A stretch of DNA of 64,000 nucleotides from the human T2T-CHM13v2.0 reference genome, Homo sapiens. Each line of letters starts with the position of its first letter. The first letter of the stretch is position 1. Under the pieces are notes generated by a model. That model did not search any database. It saw only the letters and a program-made list of their open reading frames with translations, and was not told where the DNA came from. Below, piece by piece: positions 32,860-45,029 of this stretch. A program made the position numbers and the translations under genes. Location of the stretch: the NCBI RefSeq assembly GCF_009914755.1, contig NC_060947.1; one strand, given 5' to 3'.

Positions 32860-33220
32860 ATTTCCCAAAAGGCACTGGTCTGGAAGTAAGAAAATGAGTT
32901 TTCTATCCATCTCTGTTTCTAATTAATTATGTGACATTTGGCCAACTCACTTGATTGCTTTAGGCTTCAGTTTTCTCAGCTATAAAAACTGTAGGTACTA
33001 ATTTATGTGAATGCATTGGGAAAAGTAAAAATAGCTAACATGCTAATATTTATTGAGATTTACCATGTGCCAGGCACTGTCCTGGGCATTTTATATGTAT
33101 TTCCTCACTTCATAAACAAGGAAAATTAGGCCCAGATTATTCAGATTACCTAAAAAAAACTCCACAGAGTTAGTAAGTCCCTGAGTACACAACCTTAGCC
33201 ATTACCCCAGACTGCCTCTC
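32860..33220. mobile_element. MIR SINE fragments in opposite orientations
   Basis: Core-like ggcttcagttttctcagctataaaa and tattgagatttaccatgtgccaggcactgt. Confidence 0.6.
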
Positions 33221-33268
33221 CTTACCCTATATTGTGTCTACTGCCACTACCACTAAAAGTGTTAAAAA

Positions 33269-33580
33269 GGCCAGGCATGGTGTCTCACACCTGTAATCCC
33301 AGTGCTTTAGGAGGCTAAAGCAGGAGGATCGCTTGAGACCAGGAGTTCAAGACCAGCCTGGGTAACACAGTGAAACCCAAGCTCTACAAAAAAAATAAAA
33401 TAAAATAATTAATTAGCCAGGTGTGGTGGTGCGTGCCTATAGTCCTAGCTACTTGGGAGGCTAAGGCAGGAGGATCCCTTGAGCCCAGGAATTTGAAGTT
33501 GCAGTGAGCTATGATCATGCCACTGCACACTAGCTTGAGCAATAGAGCAAGACACTGTCTCTAAAATTAAAAAAAAAAAA
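33269..33580 (+). mobile_element. AluJ-like
   Basis: Diverged dimer with J-type right arm (gagcccagga..tgcagtgagctatgatc), poly-A. Confidence 0.92.
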
Positions 33581-33924
33581 GAGTTGAAGAAGTATAAAAA
33601 CAATTATCTGTGCGCAGATTACTTATGATATAGTTTAAGGTTCGGGTAACATTGAAACACAAAAGAACCAAAGAATTAAGCTGAGCCTTGAAAGACAGAT
33701 TGGGTAAGCTTTAGCTTTACAAATTAGTAGAACATTAGAAGCACTGGTGCAAAAGAAGTGGGAGTGAGCATGGGGGTACTCATGGAGCAATGAAGAAACT
33801 AACCTGACTCAAGTAGAGAGATTGTATTGAGGAGCCATGGAGACAGGGGCGAACATGGGAATCAATAAAACCCTTTATCACCATATAGTTTGCTTACATA
33901 GCACTTATCACAGGTGCATATTTG

Positions 33925-34181
33925 TATTTTTTTTTTAATTTTTGTGTTTGTACATAGTAGTTGTATATATTTATGGGGTACATGAGATACTTTGATATAG
34001 GCATGAAATGCATAATAATCACATCATGGGAAATGGGATATCCATCTCCTCAAGCATTTATCCTTTGTATTACAAACAATTCAATATATTCTTTCAGTTA
34101 CTTTTAAAGGTACAATTAAATTATTTCGATTATAGTGTGCTAGCAAATACTAGGTTTTAATAATCACATCATAGAGAATGG
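33925..34181 (-). mobile_element. L1MA 3'-end fragment inside an L2
   Basis: Reverse complement matches the L1MA 3'UTR at 30870-31099. Confidence 0.8.
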
Positions 34182-34355
34182 CATAGGATATATTCTTGAT
34201 TGTTAGTTAATGTTAATATCAATTTCCCCCAAAAACAGTAAGCTTCCTGAAGGTAAGAACCACTTTATTCAGCATAACACTGGAAGTCCTAGCTAGAGCA
34301 ATCAGACAAGAGAAAGAAATAAAGGGCATTCAAATTTGAAGAGAAGACGAATGGT

Positions 34356-34356
<1 letters not shown>

Positions 34357-34390
<34 letters not shown>
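34357..34390. repeat. (GTT)n microsatellite
   Basis: About 11 tandem GTT/TTG units. Confidence 0.95.
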
Positions 34391-34391
<1 letters not shown>

Positions 34392-34495
34392 TGCACCATT
34401 GTATCCTCAGTGCCAAATACATTGCCAGACACATTGTAGGTGCTCATTAAATACTTGTTGAATAAATGTATTCATGTGTGAATGAATGAATGTTA
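34391..34495 (+). mobile_element. L2 3' end
   Basis: gtatcctcagtgcc...gtaggtgctcattaaatacttgttgaat...gaatgaatgaatg. Confidence 0.7.
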
Positions 34496-35947
34496 AATAA
34501 TAGATGAGGAATTGTCATACTTGACCTTGCATGTCAGATGAGGAAATATAGCCTTGACAGAGACTTTGATCAGGCTGGGGTGCTGGAAGTGGAACTGAAA
34601 AGCCAAACATAAAGGCTGTTTTAACATGGGGATCAATAACACAGTTGCTCTCTGTTGTGCACTCTCTATACCAGCTGTCCCCTGATAGACATTTCTCTAC
34701 CAGTTGCAGGCTCTGTCATGACATCAGTTTCATACAGAAAGAATGTGAAGAAACTGTAGGCCAAAATAAAAAAAGAATTATTTCTTAGTTCTCTGGAAAG
34801 GCCAGTAGTGGTATACAAAAGTCCCACAGTCTCAAAGGTCTCCTTTCTCTTTTCTTTACTTGTTTTCCCTACACAAAATGCCACTTTGTGTTTTGTTTTG
34901 TTTTTCAAACAGCTCTGATTTGGCAAAACTTCATTGCCTGTTTGGGATGAGGTCCCTGAAGCTCTCAGAAGATAATTATTTCTTTCTGGTAAAGATCAGA
35001 AACTTTGAACTCTACTTGTGAGATAAATGGTCTGGTGGCACTTTGAAACTTCAACTTATTTAAGTTACTGAGCAGCTCATCAACTTACTTCCTGCATTTG
35101 GAATTGAATCTGAAAGAGAATTAGACCCCAGACATCTTGAGTAGGCCAAGTAGGTACAATTTATAGATTTTGTTCAGAGCCAAACATGCTCCCAGAGATA
35201 GAGGCCTGGTGACAGCTTCCAGATAAACATATAGATTGATGGAATCTACAAACCAAACTGCTCAATGAAAGGCAGGTTCTGGTCAGTTATATTTTCTAGG
35301 TAAATGAGGGGTATCCAGACATTTTTTGTTTCAACTCCATTATAATGCTTTTGAAATGCTGGAGTCTATTCTCCAGCCTTAGTGGGCAGGTAGAGTGACT
35401 GATATTCGATCTTTTTGCTGATTGAGGGATGCACAGGACCTTGTGGGTATGAAATTATACATTTTTACTACTGAGCACTGAGAAGAGGTTGTGGAGAAAG
35501 AGTAGGAAACTGGTAGGGTATGTACAGAGCCCAGGACCTTTCCTAGGCATCATCCAATTTAGTTTAAAGCCCTGGGTGCAGAATGTTTTGTTATTGTTTT
35601 CCTTTTTTTAAGAAAGTGACAATTTGGTTTAGTTGGATTCCATTTCACCAAGATAAGATAATACATAGATAAATATTGCCAAGAGGCAATGGATGTCTAA
35701 ACTAGAAGGTTGCAAATTGAAATAACCTAAGGGTCTTGATGCAGAGCATTCAAATGACCTCAATCCTGTATATGTCATAACTTTTCTAGGGAAGATTGAA
35801 TAAGGTTGTATGTAGGTCAAATGCCATTGAAAGAAATGTTTGTCTAAGACATTAAATAATTTAATTAGATACCATTACCAAGGGCTGCAGATCAAAGGGT
35901 TTGTTGATTGAGATTTGACCTAATCTAAAAGAATTTTCTTTCTTCAG

Positions 35948-36115
35948 GGGTTTCTAGGCATTTGTGAGTTTGAGAAGCTGGGAAGGCTTTTGAAATATTG
36001 CCAGGAAGTTTGCAGGGAGATCGTCACAGTGCTAAACCTGGCAACTCTTGGAGAATTGTTCTTTTGGGCAGCCCATTCTGTTCCATCTACTGATACTTGA
36101 GAGGGACCTCCACTG
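35948..36115 (+). other. Candidate 5' non-coding exon of the OR gene
   Basis: Acceptor ctaat..ttttctttcttcag|g at 35947, donor ctg|gtgagt at 36115, 168 nt, no ATG; predicted from motifs only. Confidence 0.4.
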
Positions 36116-36446
36116 GTGAGTAGGTAACAGAACAGGTTTTAATTTATTTTCTTTTCTCCTTTCCTCCTCTTCTTGGGTCTTTAACCATCTATCTGGGATG
36201 GACAATCTCCAGGAAGACAAGAGGCAGCCATTAGTTAAAAGGAAAGTTATGCTATATCAATAAATAATTGCAGGTAACAGGACTAAGATGGGAAACATGC
36301 TGGGTTCAGTTTGCCAGAAATTTTTAATGGTAATTCTAGGATGAGGCAATCAGCACTGTCTCTGGAGGCCAGGGCCTAGACTAAATGAAAAATAGCCCCC
36401 CCAATTTAGATGCTGAGTAGCCTTTAAGTGTGAGAGGGAAATTGTC

Positions 36447-36690
36447 ATCAATTTTAGTTCTATGGGTCCAAACATGGTACTAATGGGGGCAAGGTCATGA
36501 GTTCAACCCCAATCTCTATCAGCAAGTTTAACCCCATTTAAAAAATAAGTCGATCTCACAGCCATAGACTGATCACCAATTTTTAGTCAAATGGCTCATC
36601 AATTTATTCTACTGGGCTCATGAGGGACTGAGGGATAGAAACTTTATAAACCCTCCTTCAATACTGGAAAAACAAAATACATCCTGTGGC
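36447..36690 (+). mobile_element. MamSINE1-like tRNA-derived SINE relic
   Basis: tRNA-like head catggtactaatgggggcaaggtcatgagttcaacccc followed by gccatagactg. Confidence 0.5.
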
Positions 36691-37337
36691 TCACTGGGAA
36701 TGATAGATTCATATAAGGAGGAAAAACGTCTATTTTATCAATATTTAATATTTGACAGCAAAAGCAGTGTGTTTTATAGAGTTCTAGGAGGAACATATAG
36801 TTTTAAATGGCATAATAATCAGCCATCCACTTCAATGCAAAATCAGTTCACTCTCCCATCTGTGGCCGGCCCATTATCTCATTAAATATTCCACTGTGAA
36901 AGACCCATATGTAGATAATTGGGAGCTAAATATACTCCCAAATATTCAAAAAAAATTTAAGATATGACTATACCAACTTAAATATAAGAGGCTGCGGGTC
37001 ATTGTTTCATGTAGCCATTTGACTCATATATTTGTATGTTCTCACTCTGTAGAGATGATTTTCTCTATTTTCACTTGGAAAGGTGGAGGCAGGCCAAGGC
37101 AAAATCTCTTTCTCGGGGTCCTATGATAAATGAAGACAGCGGCAGCGTTAGGTCTCTCAAGCTCTGAGGGCACTCCTGTGAAGCCAGGTCACCACCACCC
37201 TCTCCATCCCTTACATTTGTTTCCCTCTTCACAAATAGCAAACACTTTCCTGGATATATGGATTTACCTTTGTTGTGCACCTAGCCTATCTGATAGGCTG
37301 AAAAAGGTAGACAATGTGACACAGGGATAGCTTACTA

Positions 37338-37695
<358 letters not shown>

Positions 37696-38149
37696 GATAC
37701 TTTTTAGGACAAGACAAGTGAGAGAGTTTCCCATTTCAGAGATGATTAGGGATACTTCATTTCTTAGAAAACCGCTTCTGTAGCCTACATGTCTCTCCAA
37801 CAAAGGAGAAAAATGTAACACATTTCAATACTCTGCGGAGTGAGTTCTTTTTTTCTTTATCTGAGGGAAGTCGAGAATCCTAGCTTGTTAAAACTAGACG
37901 GGACCTTAGAGATAATTTAGTTTAACAAGATTGGAAATAAAAATTCAGGCACGTAAGGGGAAGAAACTTGTCTAGAGACATAGCAAGTGAGTAGCGGAAG
38001 CTGCAAGGAGGGGATTAGAAAGAAAATGGGAGTTAGTCTCATGGAGAAACACATATACATCAAAGGGGTGCTTAGCATAGAAACAGTAATGTCAAGGGAA
38101 GAGGCAGATGGAAAAAGAGAGGTTGCCTTTCAATAAGGAACAGCAAAAG

Positions 38150-39500
38150 AACTCCATTCACACATTCCTTCAGCAAATAATTATTGAGCTCCTATCTAGG
38201 TACTATTCTATATTTTGGGCACACAGCAATGAAGAAAACAGAAAAACCCTGACCTCACTGAGCATACATTCTAGTTGATAGAGACAAGCAATAAACATAA
38301 TTAATAGATAAGCTATACAGTATGCTAGATGTAGTTCTAAGGAGAAAATAATGCAGGAAAGGGGGATATAAAATTTCAATGGCTAGAAATGAACTCCCAG
38401 ACGAGGTGACCCAGAAAGGATGTAATGCAATTTCAGGGGCTGGAGATGAATTCCTAGATGACGTGACCCAGGAAGGATACACTGAAAAGATGCCTTGTAA
38501 GTAAAAACCTGAGGGAATTGAGAAGGTGAGCTGTGCAAGGATCTGGGTTTCATAAATATGGAGCAGAAAGTTTTTACAAATATAGAACAGCAGGATCAAA
38601 GGCTCTGTGAAAGGGATGGGCTTTGAGTATTTGAGGAATGGTGAGGAGGCTAGTGTGACTGGAGCAAAGTGAGCAAGGGAAAGGGTGGTAGGAGATGCGT
38701 TCAGAGAGGAGGTGATTGGGAGGCAAACCATATAGGGCCTCGTAGGTCATAGTAAGGAGATTGGTGTTTAGAGAGGCTGAAATGAGAATCTATAGTTAAC
38801 AATATGATACTGTATACTTAAAATTTTATTAAGAGAGTAGGTCTTATGTTAAGTGTTCTTATTACAAAGATAAAAGAGAGAAGGAGGAAACTTTTAGGGA
38901 TGTTTGTTATATTTACGGCATTATTTATGGTGGCCGTTTCATGAGTATATACTTATCTTCAAACTCAAGATGTATACATAAAATATGTGTACCTTTTTGT
39001 ATATCAGTCATACCTCAATAAAAATAGAATAAATTTTTTAATGGAAGAGTGACCTGATTTCACTTACAGTTCAACTGAATCATCTGAACTGGATGGGAAG
39101 AAGACTAGAAACAGGAAAACCAATGACGAAGTTACTGGAAAAATCCAGGTGAATGATGATGATGCCTTGGAATAAAGAATGGCAGTGCAGGTGGCAAGAG
39201 GAGTAGGTAGATTCTGAATAACAGCTCTGAATGCTTAGGACTTTATATATTCATTTACTACCTATTGGGTTCTTGTGATCCCCCAGGTACTGTTCTATGT
39301 TCTAGGAATACACCAGTAAACAGCAGACAAGGGCCCTGTTATTAAATTCACATTTGAGTGAAAGACAAATAATAAGCAAGTAATCAAATTATTAATATAA
39401 CTTCAGGTATTAGAATGTGTTATAAAAAATGAAGCAGGGCTAGGGGAAAGAGATGGGTGAGGATGGGATAAGAGAGCCTTTTCAGTGAGGCTACGTACTC
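38150..39500 (-). mobile_element. L2 fragments interrupted by an old L1M 3' end (38780-39030, +)
   Basis: cattccttcagcaaataattattgagc L2 end; gaggctagtgtgactggagca; L1M text gtatacttaaaattttattaagagagtagg. Confidence 0.65.
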
Positions 39501-40175
39501 AGACCCTCTCCTTACCACCCACACTTTTAGAAACTTCATGTTCAGTTTTCATACTCCTAACTGGGGCTCAACGACAACAGAATAGAAAATGTAGGAGAAG
39601 CTAGAAATGTAACTTCAGCAGGGGATATTAGAAGAGGGTCCTCCCAGACCTCACTACTACATCTACATAATATCAGCTCAGGTCAAAGAGCTACCTTGCA
39701 CCCACTCTATGTCAGGCACCGTGGTAAATTCTGGAACTATGGAAAAATGAAGGCATGCACAATCTAGGAGTGAGAGACATCCCAAACATAGACAATATTT
39801 TAGCTAAGACATGTGTCAGAAGGTACCCTGTTGGTTGAGATTAATAACTCAAGCTAACTGAGATTCAACCATGTCTACATATCAGATTTATCTTGGAAAA
39901 TGACGTGAGAAAGTCAGGAAGATGGCCTACCTTTCCTGTCTTCTTAGTTAGGAAAAATTATTCAAGAAGACCTCTAGTGGAGGAGGGCTGGAGAAATTTT
40001 CATATAACTATTTTCAAAAAGATAAGGAACTTTCCATTTTCTTAGGATTGAGGGAGGATATCTAGCTTTGCCTCTGTTCCCATTATAGATATCTATTCCA
40101 TTTGTGTCCCATTCTTCTGAAAAGGACAAAGATAATGATCCTGCACACCCTAATTCTTTCCACCTTTCTCACACC

Positions 40176-40201
40176 CTCCATCTTTATTCCCATTCTTTCA
40201 G
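40176..40201 (+). promoter_or_regulatory. Splice acceptor in front of the OR coding exon
   Basis: Pyrimidine tract ctccatctttattcccattctttcag|g ending 55 nt before the ATG, as is typical of OR genes. Confidence 0.6.
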
Positions 40202-40256
40202 GTAACACTAAGTAGCCAATTGGCATCCATTTAATGAATAGTGGCAAGAGGGAAAG

Positions 40257-41183
40257 ATGGCCATGGACAATGTCACAGCAGTGTTTCAGTTTCTCCTTAT
40301 TGGCATTTCTAACTATCCTCAATGGAGAGACACGTTTTTCACATTAGTGCTGATAATTTACCTCAGCACATTGTTGGGGAATGGATTTATGATCTTTCTT
40401 ATTCACTTTGACCCCAACCTCCACACTCCAATCTACTTCTTCCTTAGTAACCTGTCTTTCTTAGACCTTTGTTATGGAACAGCTTCCATGCCCCAGGCTT
40501 TGGTGCATTGTTTCTCTACCCATCCCTACCTCTCTTATCCCCGATGTTTGGCTCAAACGAGTGTCTCCTTGGCTTTGGCCACAGCAGAGTGCCTCCTACT
40601 GGCTGCCATGGCCTATGACCGTGTGGTTGCTATCAGCAATCCCCTGCGTTATTCAGTGGTTATGAATGGCCCAGTATGTGTCTGCTTGGTTGCTACCTCA
40701 TGGGGGACATCACTTGTGCTCACTGCCATGCTCATCCTATCCCTGAGGCTTCACTTCTGTGGGGCTAATGTCATCAACCATTTTGCCTGTGAGATTCTCT
40801 CCCTCATTAAGCTGACCTGTTCTGATACCAGCCTCAATGAATTTATGATCCTCATCACCAGTATCTTCACCCTGCTGCTACCATTTGGGTTTGTTCTCCT
40901 CTCCTACATACGAATTGCTATGGCTATCATAAGGATTCGCTCACTCCAGGGCAGGCTCAAGGCCTTTACCACATGTGGCTCTCACCTGACCGTGGTGACA
41001 ATCTTCTATGGGTCAGCCATCTCCATGTATATGAAAACTCAGTCCAAGTCCTACCCTGACCAGGACAAGTTTATCTCAGTGTTTTATGGAGCTTTGACAC
41101 CCATGTTGAACCCCCTGATATATAGCCTGAGAAAAAAAGATGTTAAACGGGCAATAAGGAAAGTTATGTTGAAAAGGACATGA
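40257..41183 (+). CDS. OR13H1: Olfactory receptor 13H1, intact 308-aa class II OR (7TM GPCR)
   Basis: N-glycosylation site [64 protein letters not shown]; sequence and length match my recollection of human OR13H1. Confidence 0.95.
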   Translation: MAMDNVTAVFQFLLIGISNYPQWRDTFFTLVLIIYLSTLLGNGFMIFLIHFDPNLHTPIYFFLSNLSFLDLCYGTASMPQALVHCFSTHPYLSYPRCLAQTSVSLALATAECLLLAAMAYDRVVAISNPLRYSVVMNGPVCVCLVATSWGTSLVLTAMLILSLRLHFCGANVINHFACEILSLIKLTCSDTSLNEFMILITSIFTLLLPFGFVLLSYIRIAMAIIRIRSLQGRLKAFTTCGSHLTVVTIFYGSAISMYMKTQSKSYPDQDKFISVFYGALTPMLNPLIYSLRKKDVKRAIRKVMLKRT

Positions 41184-41779
41184 GCCTTCTTTGCTTCTAA
41201 ACGTCTAAAATAACACAACGTCCCTGATGGAGAAAATGGTTTAAAGGATCTGACTTTATCTTTGGAAGTGATTGACATATGAGAAGCTTCAGGAAGTGCT
41301 CCCACCCCAAATATTATTCCTACTGAGACTTGAATTGCCATTAGAGGTATTATTTTTGCTCTTTCTTTACATAGAATATTGTTAGTGGCTACCCATTAGG
41401 TTACTCACCTTCAGGTAAATGAACTTATCAGAGTAATTTTCTCACTGACAGAAGAGACCTATACAGCAAGAGAATCTTCTGTAACTGTTGACAGCAGGTG
41501 AGGCATAACTGAAATTGGAAACTAAGACAAAGAATGGTATAATAAAAGGCCAGAAGACAAATGTCAGAAACTTTACAACTTTACTGAGGGTAAGCCCTGT
41601 TACGTAAGCACAATCTCCTTGTTTCACTTAATCTTGGAATCATGAGAAAAATTATCATAGCTATTTCCTACATTTGTGTAGAGTGTTTTATTTTTGCTTT
41701 TTGTTTTTCAAAACATCTTTCTAATCTATTAGTCTATTTTATATCCCTAATTTTCCTATGGAATTGGTAAAAACACCAC

Positions 41780-42150
41780 CACAATTTCCCTCTGTATTAA
41801 CAATGAGGAAACAGAGTAGACATTGAGACTCATCTAAAGTCATACATAATTGATAATGGAGTCAAAATTAGAATTTAGATCATATATATGCCACCTCCGA
41901 ATTTGTAAAAGTAAGTCTGTAAAATTATTTAGAATCATAGAATTATAAATACAGCTACCATTTATTGAGAACTTATGATACGCTAGGGGTTGAGCAAAGC
42001 TCTCTATATCTATTATCACATAGAATTCACACAGTGGTTCAATGCCATGGCACTATTTTCCATCCATATTTAGAAGTGTGGAAACTGAGTGATTTGCCCA
42101 TGGCCACAGAGCCAGTACTTAAATCTAGGTCTGGTTGATTCCAGATCCCA
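41780..42150 (-). mobile_element. MIR fragments
   Basis: atgaggaaacagag..ctaaagtcatac and ggaaactgagtgatttgcccatggccacaga cores. Confidence 0.6.
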
Positions 42151-42199
42151 CTTACTATATCTAAAGGCATAAGAAACCCTAGAGATGACTAATGTAGTG

Positions 42200-42630
42200 A
42201 TATTTTAATCCACTTTATCATGACATAATTTGTATACAATAAACTTTGTCCAATTACAGTGTGCAATTCTATGAGTTTTGACAGATGCTCACAGCATCAC
42301 CACAACAATCAGCTACCTAACAATTTCATCACCTACAGAAGTTTCCTTTTGCCTTCTTGTAACCCATCCCTTCCTCCCTCTACCCCCAATTCCAACCAGT
42401 GATCTGATTTCTTTCACTATATGTTAGTTTTTGTTTTTTTAAATATTGACTATAAATAAAATCATGCAGTCTGTACTCCTTTGTGTCTGGGTTCTCTCAC
42501 TCAGCCTGCTCTTGAGATTCATCTATATTGTTGCATGTATCCGTAATTTGTTCCTTTTTATTGCTGAATAATATTTCATTGCACACATTTACCGCATCTT
42601 AAAACCCATTTTCTGTTGATGGACATAATG
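42200..42630 (-). mobile_element. Ancient L1ME-type 3' end
   Basis: ctatgagttttgacag, ttgagattcatctatattgttgcatgtatc. Confidence 0.65.
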
Positions 42631-43238
42631 CAATGTTTTTCAAATCTTGATTTATATAGTTTTTAGGGACTCAATTGTGGTGCCTGGAGCCTGCTAATGG
42701 GGGGTCGTTTCCTGTGAGCTATTTCATTTGAAAAGGGAGTTCTAAAACTAAAAGGAACGGTTTTGATAAACAATGATCTATTACAGGTAACCGATTTTAG
42801 ATGAGAAATCTAAGGCTCACTGAATGTGGAGTAAATTTCCCAAGATCATGAAACTGTTTGGAAGCAGATCTAGAACGAAGACCCAGATATCCTGTCTCCT
42901 GGTCTCACTTTACTTTGGGCCTCCACCACATATGATGAAGTCATCTCCCAAGAAGCCTTTTCTACCTGTTTGTGAGGAACCAGACACAAACAGGTAGAAA
43001 AAAATAAAATGCACAGTACCCAGCACTACTGAGCAAACAGATACTCAGTGTGTTCCTCTTACTGTGACTGCTGGGGGGCTGAAGAGACATTGTATGGTGT
43101 TGCAAAGGGAGTACCATGGATACAAGGAGACTGTCTTACGTGTTTACTAACTAAATGAAAAATAATTGAGGATGAATAAACTACTTATCAAAACAGCTTA
43201 ATTTCAAAACAAGTGCAAGATTTATTCAAACCGTATAC

Positions 43239-43712
43239 TTTTTTTTTAATTATTATACTTTAAGTTTTAGGGTACATGTGCACAATGTGCAGGTTAGTTA
43301 CATATGTATACATGTACCATGCTGGTGTGCTGCACCCATTAACTCGTCATTTAGCATTAGGTATATCTCCTAATGCTATCCCTCCCCCCTCCCCCCACCC
43401 CACAACAGTCCCCACAGTGTGATGTTCCCCTTCCTGTGTCCATGTGTTCTCATTGTTCAATTCCCACCTATGAGTGAGAACATGCGGTGTTTGGTTTTTT
43501 GTCCTTGTGATAGTTTACTGAGAATGATTTCCAATTTCATCCATGTCCCTACAAAGGACATGAACTCATCATTTTTTATGGCTGCATAGTATTCCATGGT
43601 GTGTAAGTGCCACATTTTCTTAATCCAGTCTATCATTGTTGGACTTTTGGATTGGTTCCAAGTCTTTGCTATTGTGAATAGTGCTACAATAAACATATGT
43701 GTGCATGTGTCT
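43239..43712 (-). mobile_element. 5'-truncated L1PA3/4-like 3' end with TSD
   Basis: Reverse ORF2 end (..[11 protein letters not shown]) and 3'UTR; TSD ccgtatactttttt 43231-43244 / ctgtatacattttt 43711-43724. Confidence 0.93.
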
Positions 43713-45029
43713 GTATACATTTTTAAAGGTACATGGTACTCTTCATCTCTGAAATAATGTTTTAATATTGAGAAAGAAAAAAATTCAGAAAAAGGCAAAT
43801 GAATTCAATCTTTAATTTATCCATTTAACAAACATTAGGTTTGTACTTTAAGGCAGGCACTATGCTAGGTATTAGGGTAAGTCTCATGCTTTGTGCAAAA
43901 TGTTCCTTACTATCAAGATAAACCTTTCAAGCAAACATTGTGAAATAAACATAAACTGGCACAATCAATGAAATATTAAAAGAATCAAAGAGTGTCTTCG
44001 CACAGAGGAAAATTCAGAAATTAGGTGGAATATTAAGAGTATAGGTTTTAATGATTCTGCCTTTGGAGGGAAAAATATTTCACTCTCTATTACAGGTTGG
44101 TTTACAGCTTAAAATGGGATGCACATTTTCAATAATGGTCCCTCTACTACAAAATAGTATAGCTATGTCACTAGGTTCTTTCTCCCTTTATTGACTTGTT
44201 GGTATGGGCACAGCCTACAGACAGAGTGACATAGTGGAGTCTGGAGATGAAGGTTGTGGAATTGATTCTGCTACTAACAAGCTGTGTAACCTTAGTTATA
44301 TCTCTCTCTGGCCTTTAAACTTGCTTATCAATATAACAGGAAGATTGTGTTTAGCTACCTAAAGACCTCTCTAGTTCTAACATTCTGCATCCGGGTGTTA
44401 TTTTATATAGGGCTTGCTCTTATTTTCTTAAAAAATGCAAGCATATCATCAATTTACTCTGCAACTTGCTTTTTCCACTTGACAATATATCATGAACATT
44501 CCTCCAGATCAATATATATAGATCTATCTCTCTGACTTTAAATGTTAGCTTTGACTGAAAAAGAAGGCAAACACGGCAGCTAGTTAACACAGCTCTGGCC
44601 CTTCCAGCATTAACATTCAGTTTCTAGGCACTAACTCTAGAGGCTATCTAATTTTACATTGATATTAATTTATTTTAAAGATAAAAATGAACTCTGTGAG
44701 GGTGTTGTGAAATGAAATCAATGCTGGGCTTTTGAAAATTCCTGAGATTGAGTAGTGCTTCTCTGCCTGATCAATCACAAGGATCCTGTGAAACCTTCCA
44801 CTGGACTCCTCCCTACTCCCCATCCCCAATGGCTGAGTAGTGAAGCTTACCTTGCTTCACCCTGGAAAGAAAGATGGAAAGACTGTGTTGAAACTAAGAT
44901 GGTTCTGTCAAAAGTTGAGAAGAAAGTTTACAAACTGAAAAGCAGGCTCCAAATGATCATTTCCATGGAAATATTCATGGAGATTTCAGAAAAAGATACA
45001 GTGCCCCATTTATAGGATTTGGGTTTTCA

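Noticed and set aside
36470-36510. tRNA gene
   Set aside because: Only a decayed tRNA-like head followed by SINE-like body; no intact cloverleaf
38255-38731. 158-aa ORF with an internal repeat
   Set aside because: Lies in an L2 relic; the repeat is the 57-bp duplication
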